This document shows positions 9,984 to 17,863 of a DNA stretch of 32,000 nucleotides, piece by piece. This DNA is from Desulfotalea psychrophila LSv54 (GTDB lineage: Bacteria; Desulfobacterota; Desulfobulbia; Desulfobulbales; Desulfocapsaceae). The stretch's first letter is position 1; each line of letters begins with the position of its first letter. Position numbers and translations under genes: made by a program. The stretch lies in the NCBI RefSeq assembly GCF_000025945.1, contig NC_006138.1:420001-452000 (forward strand), written 5' to 3'. The notes beneath the pieces are model-generated. The model was not told where the DNA came from and did no database searches. It saw nothing but the letters and a program-made list of their open reading frames with translations.

Positions 9984-10425
9984 GGCCTTGTTGCATAAAT
10001 CATGAGGGAAGAAAATCATCTTCCCTCTACGCCATGCCATCTTAGCAAACAGCTTCTCGAACAGGCATTCCTAAAGCGCTAATCTTGTTCAAAGCTTTAA
10101 TCACAGCTCTACCTGCTTGACCGTTGGTGATATCCTGTGCCTTTCAATTCACCTTAACTGTTTGGGCACGCCTGCTAACAGGTGTATCAAAAGCCCGGGG
10201 ATCAATGACCATCAGGTCAAAAATTGAATTTAGAAAACCTTCAGCTCCTCTGAGAGAAAGACCGTAAATGGTTCCATCAAACAAATCATGCATCATCAGT
10301 GTGCTTGTGACTACGACCACGCTGTCCTGATGTACCAACTCTCAATCGCTTTCTTGTCCACCCAAAACGTCAACGCCGCTGCTTCAGCGCTCTGTTGTAT
10401 TCAGGCCAATTTGTGCAACAAGGCC
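9984..10425 (-). mobile_element. internally deleted IS903-group (IS5 family) insertion-sequence relic with both terminal inverted repeats
   Basis: Terminal IRs are GGCCTTGTTGCATAAATC (9984-10001, + strand) and GGCCTTGTTGCACAAATT (reverse complement of 10408-10425), close to the IS903 IR GGCTTTGTTGAATAAATC. Minus-strand frames give 'LTFWVDKKAIESWY', then 'GLSLRGAEGFLNSIFDLMVIDPRAFDTPVSRRAQTVKVN' (track ORF 10144-10338), then 'AVIKALNKISALGMPVREAV*'. These match the N-terminal and extreme C-terminal blocks of IS903 transposase. The DDE core is missing and the frames are broken. Confidence 0.8.
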
Positions 10426-10554
10426 CCATGAACTTACTAACGGAATGATTAAGACGAGAATCCCCCATCCTTTCCACACAAACATAACTGATTCCAACTT
10501 CTTAAAATGTGTTTCAAAACTTAGTCTGTTGCACTTATTGTACTACTCCAGCCA

Positions 10555-10633
10555 TATTGGCTTTGACATCACTCATTTTGATATTAATGGACGTCATACC
10601 TGATAATTTCAATTCAATTTTATTGTCTTGAAT
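10555..10633 (-). pseudogene. fragment of a third copy of the duplicated secreted-protein gene
   Basis: 10555-10633 aligns by eye to 10820-10905 and 11505-11590 (motif 'gacatcact..ttt..a.attaa.gg.cgtc.tacctgat..ttt.c..tc.attttattgtcttgaat.act'). That is the central part of the 159-aa genes, here with no ORF. Confidence 0.5.
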
Positions 10634-10680
10634 TACTCCTGTAAGCTTATCCACTTTTTTAACTGACTTTTACACGTAGT

Positions 10681-11160
10681 TTATTTAAAAGTAATACTTA
10701 AAATATCAGATGTATTAACTGGCAAGGTGCCATAAGCAGCTTTGACTGAAAACGTTTGATTTTGTAATGTCCCCGACAAAACATCGCCATTCTTAAATAT
10801 AATCTTACATTCCCTTCCAATGGCATTGACATCACTTTGTTTAACATTAATGGGTGTCTTACCTGATAGTTTACGTTCGATTTTATTGTCTTGAATGACT
10901 GCTGGCTCGTCTAAAATAATATCTTCAATTTTTTTTACTTCCGAGCATGTTCCATCATTTTTATAGTTAGAGCACTTCCAATATGCATTATTCCACAAGA
11001 CTTTTTCCGGATTCCACATGCGGTTCTTGTTGAAAACACATGTACAGGGTTCCTCATCAGCTTTTTCGCCAATCTTAGATGTTCCTAGCTTGTTGGAGGC
11101 CATTGCGGCGGTACTGGCCAAAACACATAGTATAACAAATAATAGCCCAATTTTTTTCAT
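10681..11160 (-). CDS. secreted Cys-containing protein, paralog 1 (159 aa)
   Basis: Signal peptide MKKIGLLFVILCVLASTAAMA, then a Cys-containing segment 'CTCVFNKNRMWNPEKVLWNNAYWKCSNYKNDGTC', then a beta-rich C-terminal domain. Confidence 0.75.
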   Translation of the reverse strand: MKKIGLLFVILCVLASTAAMASNKLGTSKIGEKADEEPCTCVFNKNRMWNPEKVLWNNAYWKCSNYKNDGTCSEVKKIEDIILDEPAVIQDNKIERKLSGKTPINVKQSDVNAIGRECKIIFKNGDVLSGTLQNQTFSVKAAYGTLPVNTSDILSITFK

Positions 11161-11308
11161 AGCACTTACCTCGTTTTTTAGATTCTAATTTTATCTTAAT
11201 GCAAATTACACTTAGCATTAAAAACCGGACAGCCAAACCTTTTCCCTAAAGGATTTACAATAATGCGGCCTACCAATCGTCGAGGGGGACCAACAGCTAG
11301 CAACTTCT

Positions 11309-11325
11309 ATTTGTGCAACAAGGCC
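11309..11325. repeat. solo copy of the IS903-like terminal inverted repeat
   Basis: 'atttgtgcaacaaggcc' is identical to 10409-10425. It sits exactly at the junction between the two tandem units. Confidence 0.6.
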
Positions 11326-11365
11326 GTAAGCATATCCCATTTTTTAACTGAATTTTACACGTAGT

Positions 11366-11845
11366 TTATTTAAAAGTAATACTTAAAATATCAGACGTAT
11401 TAACTGGCAAGGTGCCATAAGTAGCTTTGACTGAAAACGTTTGATTTTGTAATGTCCCCGACAAAACATCGCCATTCTTAAATATAATCTTACAGTCCCT
11501 TCCAATGGCATTGACATCACTTTGTTTAACATTAACGGGTGTCTTACCTGATGATTTACGTTCGATTTTATTGTCTTGAATGACTGCTGGCTCGTCTAAA
11601 ATAATATCTTCGATTTTTTTTACTTCCGAGCATGTTCCATCATTTTTATAGTTGGAGCACTTCCAATATGCATTATTCCACAAGACTTTTTCCGGATTCC
11701 ACTGGCGGTTATTGTTGAAAACACATGTACAGGGTTCCTCATCAGATGGTCCACCAACCTTACTGGTTCCTTGCTTGTCGGAGGCCATTGCTACGGTACT
11801 GGCCAAAACACATAGTATAACAAATGATAGTCCAATTTTTTTCAT
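11366..11845 (-). CDS. secreted Cys-containing protein, paralog 2 (159 aa)
   Basis: More than 90% identical by eye to 10681-11160. The differences cluster just after the signal peptide (ASNKLGTSKIGEKADEE vs ASDKQGTSKVGGPSDEE). Confidence 0.75.
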   Translation of the reverse strand: MKKIGLSFVILCVLASTVAMASDKQGTSKVGGPSDEEPCTCVFNNNRQWNPEKVLWNNAYWKCSNYKNDGTCSEVKKIEDIILDEPAVIQDNKIERKSSGKTPVNVKQSDVNAIGRDCKIIFKNGDVLSGTLQNQTFSVKATYGTLPVNTSDILSITFK

Positions 11846-12549
11846 AGCACTTACCTCGTTTTTTAGATTCTAATTTTATCTTAATGCAAATTACACTTAG
11901 CATTAAAAACCGGACAGCCAAACCTTTTCCCTAAAGGATTTACAATAATGCGGCCTATAGAAAACTGGCTGCGAACAAAAAACGGCTTTTTCAAAAAGGT
12001 GATATATTCACATTTCAATTACTTACCATACCCCGCCCCCCATTGCATTTCAAATGCATTGCCCCCATTTGCATACACGGGCATATGGGGCGGAATCAGC
12101 ATGATATTGCTATACCGAATATGTGAAAACTTTTTATAGGGTTGCTCCATGGCAGATAATATCTCCAATACCAATTCAGGCATTGCCTAAAACACAAATT
12201 CCCCAAATCCCATGATCAGCCATTCTTTCAGGCTGATATCTCCGTCCAGATATGGATTACACAAATATTCATTTTACAAAGATTATGTATTGGGTCCCTG
12301 ATGATTGTAAGAGATGAAAATAGCTGACTCCCCCACAACGATCTCACAATTTCCATTATCACCAGCGGGGATATATTTTCAGACTTACTCCCGACAGTCT
12401 CACCATAGAGCTGTATCCTTTTTGCCGAAGGGAAGGAGAGGGGGGAAAAAGAGAAAAAAAGCTTGATAACGACAAGACCTTCGAACTAATTTTGTCATTA
12501 GGGTAAGATTAGAAAATGGATCAACCACACTCACACCCAAGGATAGAAT

Positions 12550-13833
12550 ATGGAAGTACAAAGGTTTCAACTGCATAATATAGGCTGTTTTGAACAACTG
12601 GAAATTTTGCTCGCTCCCACAAAAGAGAACAACAGCAATATTACTGTATTTATTGGTAATAATGGTGCAGGCAAGACCTCATTATTAAAATCTTTGGCAA
12701 CATCCCTAAGCTGGTTGGTCTCTCGCATTCGAAGCGAGGCGGGCAGTGGTAGCCCTATCCCAGAACTCGTTATCCAAAATAGCAAAAACTCCGCAGCGAT
12801 TGATATTCAAGTTTCTGATAAAAATATCACTACCTCCTCTGCAAAAGATCTCTCTGCCCCCTCAACCTTTGAGTGGAGAATTGCCAAATCTCGAAAGGGA
12901 CGAAAGGGAGAACATAAGAGCCTATTACAACAGGCGAGTCTCTTGGCAAACGCCTATCGCGATCGACTCTCGGCAGATGAACAAACGGCTTTACCGCTCA
13001 TGGCTTTTTATTCTGTTGAGCGTGTTGTTATTGAAATACCTCTACGGATAAAGGGCAAGCATAGCTTTCTCCAGCTCGATGGATACGACAACTCACTACA
13101 GCAAGGAGTTGATTTCAAACGTTTCTTTGAGTGGTTCAGAAAAAGAGAGGATACAGAAAACGAATCGATTATCCCCCCTGAGATCTTGAAACAGCTACAG
13201 GAGCTTACAGAGGAAAACAGCAGCCTGCAACAGGAGTTACAAAAGCTGAATGCCTCAAACAGAGACCGACAGCTCACAGCAGTACGGACCGCCATCAGTA
13301 GCTTTATGCCCGGATTTACCAATCTGAGAGTACGAAGAAAACCACGCCTGCATATGGCCATCGACAAAGATGGAGACACCTTTGATGTAGCCCAACTTTC
13401 CCAGGGAGAAAAGTCTCTGATGACCCTGGTTGGTGATATTGCCCGACGTCTGGCCATGATGAATCCTGGACGGCAAAACCCTCTTGAAGGGGAGGGAATC
13501 ATCCTCATCGATGAGGTTGATATGCATCTCCACCCGCGCTGGCAACGTACGGTCCTTGCCAATCTGAGCAAGACCTTCCCTCATTGTCAGTTTGTGGTAA
13601 GCACCCACTCACCACTGGTGGTGAGCGATATGGCCAACACCCTCTGCTACTCTTTGGACAATGGCATGCTAAAAGAGATTAAGGGGCTCTATGGTCAGGA
13701 TGCCAATCAGGTGCTCACCATTGTGATGGACACGGCAAGTCGCTCCGAAGAGATACAGGAAAAACTGGATAGGGTGCTTGACTCTCTACAGGATGGGGAC
13801 TTAGAGGGGCTAGCTGAAAGACAAGGAGCATAA
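12550..13833 (+). CDS. ABC/SMC-like P-loop ATPase (COG3950 / AAA_15-AAA_21 type), no adjacent partner gene
   Basis: Walker A 'GNNGAGKTS', a coiled-coil insert 'LKQLQELTEENSSLQQELQKLNAS', ABC signature 'LSQGEKSLMTL', Walker B 'IILIDEVDMHLHP' and H-loop 'STHSP'. Confidence 0.85.
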   Translation: MEVQRFQLHNIGCFEQLEILLAPTKENNSNITVFIGNNGAGKTSLLKSLATSLSWLVSRIRSEAGSGSPIPELVIQNSKNSAAIDIQVSDKNITTSSAKDLSAPSTFEWRIAKSRKGRKGEHKSLLQQASLLANAYRDRLSADEQTALPLMAFYSVERVVIEIPLRIKGKHSFLQLDGYDNSLQQGVDFKRFFEWFRKREDTENESIIPPEILKQLQELTEENSSLQQELQKLNASNRDRQLTAVRTAISSFMPGFTNLRVRRKPRLHMAIDKDGDTFDVAQLSQGEKSLMTLVGDIARRLAMMNPGRQNPLEGEGIILIDEVDMHLHPRWQRTVLANLSKTFPHCQFVVSTHSPLVVSDMANTLCYSLDNGMLKEIKGLYGQDANQVLTIVMDTASRSEEIQEKLDRVLDSLQDGDLEGLAERQGA

Positions 13834-13961
13834 CAGGGCGTTTTCCCAATGTTATAAACAGGGCTAGTAACAGCTTAGATTCACATGCTCCTCCACTGCC
13901 TCAGGTCGATCTGGCAGGAGCCCTAGGTAAGAAATAGGGGTTTTACCTCAAAGAAAGGGGC

Positions 13962-14020
13962 TGAACAAAAAAAGGGCGCAATTCTGGGAATTGTGCCCTG
14001 AGTAGATGGTTGAGGTCGGC
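13962..14020 (-). repeat. att-like/terminator repeat, copy A (most diverged)
   Basis: An A-run is followed by the hairpin AGGGCGCAATTC/GAATTGTGCCCT (13973-13999) and then TGGTTGAGGTCGG (14007-14019). Read on the minus strand this is a hairpin plus T-run terminator directly downstream of the 14057 stop. Confidence 0.6.
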
Positions 14021-14056
14021 ATCAACACTGAGTTGCCCCAGAATGCCTGTTAACTT

Positions 14057-14473
14057 TTAAAAATTCTGGTGAGAGGCTATCGCGGCAAAGAGCTTTTTGT
14101 AACTTACTTGGCTAGAAACATTGACTACCGTACCATTCACCATAGTAATACCGATATCATTTCTGTTTATTGAGTTGGTTGGCTTAAAATCACTGTCAAA
14201 ATCAGCCTTCCATAACCAATTCACATCTACCCAATGTTCTATTTTTGCCATAGCACTGAAGTCATGACCTTCATAGGGCGTCACCACTGCACCCACAGAA
14301 ATTATTCTATTTTTATTGTGATAGAGAAGAACAAGGTCACCTTTCTCAATTTTATCTACTTCACTGGCTTTTCCATAAAATGCTGCAGCCTTATTTTGTC
14401 TGAGCATGTATTTAAACGCATTGGGATTACCATTCTTGTCTTTACTATTTGTATTTACTAACCAAGTTTTCAA
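14057..14473 (-). CDS. small PUA-like (EVE/ASCH-type) domain protein, 138 aa
   Basis: TTG start with a GAGGTG SD. The pattern MKTWLVNTN...'KGDLVLLYH'...'IISVGAVV'...'HWVDVNW' follows the EVE-type layout (M-x-x-W-L..., GD-x-V-x-x-Y-H, IVG, W-x-V-D-V). The fold assignment is from memory. Confidence 0.6.
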   Translation of the reverse strand: MKTWLVNTNSKDKNGNPNAFKYMLRQNKAAAFYGKASEVDKIEKGDLVLLYHNKNRIISVGAVVTPYEGHDFSAMAKIEHWVDVNWLWKADFDSDFKPTNSINRNDIGITMVNGTVVNVSSQVSYKKLFAAIASHQNF

Positions 14474-14542
14474 AATTTCACCTCTGCTCTGTAAAAGTTA
14501 ACGCCAAATGTATGAAAAAGCTTAAAAACCAGCCTATTTTTT

Positions 14543-15145
14543 TTATTCTGCCCCAAGCAAGGCAATAGCGGCCTGTAGACGCACATGCTCGTCCTCGCTT
14601 GCCAACAAATCACAAAGAACTTTTATTGCTTCATCCCGTATCCCTTTTACTTGACTATCTTCATCCTCAGGTCGCCGAAAATCATTGTTTATAAAGTCTT
14701 CTATAAGCATGTGGTGCTGAGAAATACTTGAGAGGGTCTTACGTGCCCCGGACAAAGATTTACGCACTGGCATAGGGAGATCTTTTCGAGAGACGGTCTT
14801 GAGATGTTTGACTAAAATGAAATGCGGATTTCCTTCTGGCGAGATCTCTTTTACAAGATTATACCGACAGGTCGTCTTAGTTTTAAAAATATGCACAAGT
14901 TTTTTATCTCTGATAGAGGGCGTTAAGACTAAAGCACCCTCTGGCATATGAACAAATATATCAACCATAGACACCGAGATAGCTGATATATCTGGATAAC
15001 GACCCAACAAAGCCCTCTCTATTTCTGACCGATTTTCCCCAGTTAGATCCTTACCGCATGGCCAGCCTATACTGATGCAACCTTCTAAAAATTGTGCTTC
15101 CCGATTGATGCCGTCTGGTTTTGCTCTTAAAATTATTGCCTTCAT
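14543..15145 (-). CDS. hypothetical protein with an N-terminal beta-barrel-like (PUA-like?) module and a C-terminal HEAT-like repeat, 200 aa
   Basis: Start set at the ATG with a strong SD (AGAGGAGA). The N-terminus 'MKAIILRAKPDG..FLEGCISIGWP' and 'MPEGALVLTPS' resemble N-terminal reader modules of restriction-type proteins. The C-terminus 'SEDEHVRLQAAIALLG' is HEAT/PBS-lyase-repeat-like. Confidence 0.65.
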   Translation of the reverse strand: MKAIILRAKPDGINREAQFLEGCISIGWPCGKDLTGENRSEIERALLGRYPDISAISVSMVDIFVHMPEGALVLTPSIRDKKLVHIFKTKTTCRYNLVKEISPEGNPHFILVKHLKTVSRKDLPMPVRKSLSGARKTLSSISQHHMLIEDFINNDFRRPEDEDSQVKGIRDEAIKVLCDLLASEDEHVRLQAAIALLGAE

Positions 15146-15337
15146 AAAATCTCCTCTAAATTGATTTTCACAACCAAGGCCCCTCATGGTTCATAGTACC
15201 TCTAAAAGCGTCTTTTCGACTTCTATGAAACAACTGAACGAGAAACAATGCAAGCTTTTCTCAACCTCTTAGTTCTCCTGAGAAGGGAAAGTGAAGTTCT
15301 ATGTACATGGTGACTTTGCTTTTCTACTTACCTGTCT

Positions 15338-15430
15338 TGCCACCCAGTTTACCGACAAGGGGCTGGGCTTCCCGTCGTCCTGGAAATTATTCGCTTATGG
15401 GGCGATTTGCTCAAGGTGGAGATCAGGTAA
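15338..15430 (+). pseudogene. relic of a histidine-kinase C-terminus (HATPase_c G2 box)
   Basis: 'ccacccagtttaccgacaaggggctgggcttcccgtcgtcctggaaattattcgcttatggggcg...gtggag' parallels 6018-6105 of the intact kinase. It translates as GAGLPVVLEIIRLWG..VE, against GRGLGLPVVLGIIRSWGGWIGVES in the intact gene. There is no upstream ORF and an indel is present. Confidence 0.65.
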
Positions 15431-15775
15431 GAATACCTGAAAAGGTTAGTACAGGTTTATGGATAAACAGTTCAGGCTAACATGTTAGAATAAATGCAAC
15501 AAATCCTAGTTCACGAAGATCGATATGTGGTATCTTTGTTCTTGGGTGAATTGGCAGTAATTTTTTGCTTTCCATTAAACAAACCTTGGACTGAAGTGCA
15601 AGATCGGAAGCCCCATCTCCAACTCACTCACTTTTCAAATTTTAATCTGCTGTACTTACTGTACCAATCAATCATCAATTTCTCGGAACTACAACAAAAG
15701 TGCTGTAGGTTGGCCAAGTTACACACTCACAAAAACTTTTTATAACCTTGGCTAATTTAAACATTGAGGTGCAAA

Positions 15776-17848
15776 ATGAAAGAAAGAGCAATAGGGTACC
15801 TGCGAAATGCCCTTAATAAACCAGAAGCAAATTTTCGTGATGGGCAATGGGAAAGTATTGAGCAGTTGCTGAATAACAAACGGGTTTTAGTCGTTCAGCG
15901 AACAGGTTGGGGAAAAAGCATGGTATACTTTCTTGCAACTAAGCTTTTGCGTGAGCAGGGGGCTGGTCCGACCCTATTGATATCACCACTTTTATCGCTA
16001 ATGCGTAACCAAGTTGAGGCGGCTACACGAATTGGTGTTAGAGCAAAAACAATTAACAGTACCAATAATGAGGAATGGGACACCGTTCAAACAGAACTGG
16101 AAGCCAATCAAGTTGATGTACTGCTTATCTCACCTGAGAAGTTAGGTAATGATGATTTTCGACAGAATATCTTATCAACTATGGCTGATAAGGTAGGATT
16201 GTTTGTTGTGGATGAGGCACATTGTATTTCTGATTGGGGGCATGATTTCAGACCCAAGTACAGACAAATTGTACGGGTGCTCCAAGCTTTACCATCAAAT
16301 ATCCCTGTTCTTGCAACAACAGCGACTGCTAATAATAGGGTTGTAGATGACGTTAAATCGCAATTGGGTGATGACATTGAACTCATAAGAGGTTCACTTG
16401 TTCGTCAAAGCCTTAGACTTCAGAATATAACAATGCCAAGCTCTGCTGCGAGATTGGCTTGGCTTGCCCAGACCATTCCTAAACTTCCTGCTAGCGGCAT
16501 CGTCTACACTTTGACAAAAAGGGATGCTGATAGAGTCACTGAGTGGCTTCAACTAGTTAATATAGATGCTAAAGCTTACTACAATGGTGTTCCTAACAGA
16601 GAGGATCTTGAACAACAGTTATTTCATAATGAAGTAAAAGTACTGGTCGCAACAGTTGCACTGGGGATGGGCTTTGATAAGCCTGATTTAGGGTTTGTTA
16701 TCCATTTTCAAAGACCTAGTTCTGTTGTTCATTATTATCAGCAAGTTGGTCGTGCAGGGCGGGCTGTTGAAGAGGCATATGGCATTTTATTGAGTGGAAC
16801 AGAAGACGATCAGATTACGGACTTCTTTATCCGTAGTGCTTTTCCTCCACAAAAACATATATCGGAAGTAATTAGGGTGCTTGATGAATCAAATGACGGT
16901 CTATCTTCTTACTCTATGGAAAAAGTTTTGAATCTTCGGACTAAACAAATTATGAACACCATAGACTATCTTGCTGCTGAGTCACCCGCACCAGTTGTAA
17001 AAGTTGGGACAAAGTGGAATGCGACTGCCACAGCTTCAACGTATAGAATTAACCAAGAAAACATAGATGCAATCACTGCCATTCGTCGCCAAGAACAGCA
17101 GCAAATGCATGAGTACATGCAACATACTGGTTGCTTAATGGCATTTCTGCAAGATGCACTGGATGATCCAGCACCTCAAAATTGTGGAAAATGCCAAAAC
17201 TGCGCACCAGAGTTACGGCTCGATGAAAGCTACGATAATGACTTGGCCAATAAGGCGGGCCTTTTTTTGCGCCGGAGTTATCAACCCGTTAAAGCAAAAA
17301 AAAAATGGCCACCCCACAACCCGTTACCAACCTACAATTTTTCTGGCATGATACGAGAGAATTTAATAGCATCTGAGGGTCGTGCGTTAAGTCTCTGGCG
17401 TGATGCCGGATGGGGCGAATTGATTTATAAAGGGAAATATGAGGATAATCATTTTTCTGATGTCTTGGTGACAGCTTGTGTGGAAATGTTGCGAGAATGG
17501 GCACCCGAGGAGGCACCCAAATGGGTTACTTGTATACCATCTATCAACCATCCTGATTTGGTACCAAATTTCGCAAAACGTCTGGCTAGGGCGTTAGAGA
17601 TACCGTTCGTAGATTGCGTTGTAAAAGTACAAAATAATCAACAACAAAAAACTATGGAAAACAGCTTTCAACAAGCAAGAAATTTGGATGGTGTTTTTAA
17701 GGTTAATCTCGAATCTAGAGCATATAGCCCATGCTTGCTTATTGATGACATGGTTGATTCTGGTTGGACTTTCACTGTTGCGGCTGCCCTATTACGACAA
17801 GTTGGTTGCACCGCAGTTTATCCTTTAGCTCTAGCGCTGAATTCTTAA
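15776..17848 (+). CDS. RecQ-family DNA helicase fused to a C-terminal ComFC-type phosphoribosyltransferase domain
   Basis: Start set at the ATG six nt after a GAGG SD. RecQ motifs present: 'FRDGQWESI', 'TGWGKS', 'DEAHCISDWGHDFRPKY', 'ATTATA', 'QQVGRAGR', and a Zn cluster C-x16-C-x2-C-x2-C with the same spacing as E. coli RecQ. The C-terminal ~170 aa carry 'VTCIPS', 'QQK..ENSFQQARNLDGVF' and the PRPP loop 'LLIDDMVDSGWTFT'. Confidence 0.9.
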   Translation: MKERAIGYLRNALNKPEANFRDGQWESIEQLLNNKRVLVVQRTGWGKSMVYFLATKLLREQGAGPTLLISPLLSLMRNQVEAATRIGVRAKTINSTNNEEWDTVQTELEANQVDVLLISPEKLGNDDFRQNILSTMADKVGLFVVDEAHCISDWGHDFRPKYRQIVRVLQALPSNIPVLATTATANNRVVDDVKSQLGDDIELIRGSLVRQSLRLQNITMPSSAARLAWLAQTIPKLPASGIVYTLTKRDADRVTEWLQLVNIDAKAYYNGVPNREDLEQQLFHNEVKVLVATVALGMGFDKPDLGFVIHFQRPSSVVHYYQQVGRAGRAVEEAYGILLSGTEDDQITDFFIRSAFPPQKHISEVIRVLDESNDGLSSYSMEKVLNLRTKQIMNTIDYLAAESPAPVVKVGTKWNATATASTYRINQENIDAITAIRRQEQQQMHEYMQHTGCLMAFLQDALDDPAPQNCGKCQNCAPELRLDESYDNDLANKAGLFLRRSYQPVKAKKKWPPHNPLPTYNFSGMIRENLIASEGRALSLWRDAGWGELIYKGKYEDNHFSDVLVTACVEMLREWAPEEAPKWVTCIPSINHPDLVPNFAKRLARALEIPFVDCVVKVQNNQQQKTMENSFQQARNLDGVFKVNLESRAYSPCLLIDDMVDSGWTFTVAAALLRQVGCTAVYPLALALNS

Positions 17849-17863
17849 AGAATGGATTGATTT

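Larger units (their letters stand above)
10634..11957. repeat. tandem direct duplication, period 685 bp (unit 1 10634-11272, unit 2 11326-11957), each unit being one gene plus its upstream region
   Basis: Near-identical blocks offset by exactly 685 bp (10681 vs 11366, 11160 vs 11845). The identical upstream leader 'agcacttacctcgttttttagattctaattttatcttaatgcaaattacacttagcattaaaaaccggacagcc...' occurs at 11161 and 11846. Confidence 0.9.

Noticed and set aside
11948-12597. Small ORFs (63 aa plus strand, 65 aa minus strand) in the 590-bp gap upstream of the ATPase
   Set aside because: No SDs and no motifs. The first begins inside the duplicated leader and the second overlaps the ATPase start. 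Treated as non-coding.
12567-13608. ORFs overlapping the ATPase gene: 187, 117 and 72 aa on the minus strand, 101 aa out of frame on the plus strand
   Set aside because: They are Arg/Ser/Cys-rich shadow frames of a motif-complete ATPase gene.
15494-15745. 83-aa ORF in the spacer upstream of the RecQ fusion
   Set aside because: No SD and a hydrophobic, low-complexity sequence. It lies in a probable promoter region and cannot be supported as a gene.
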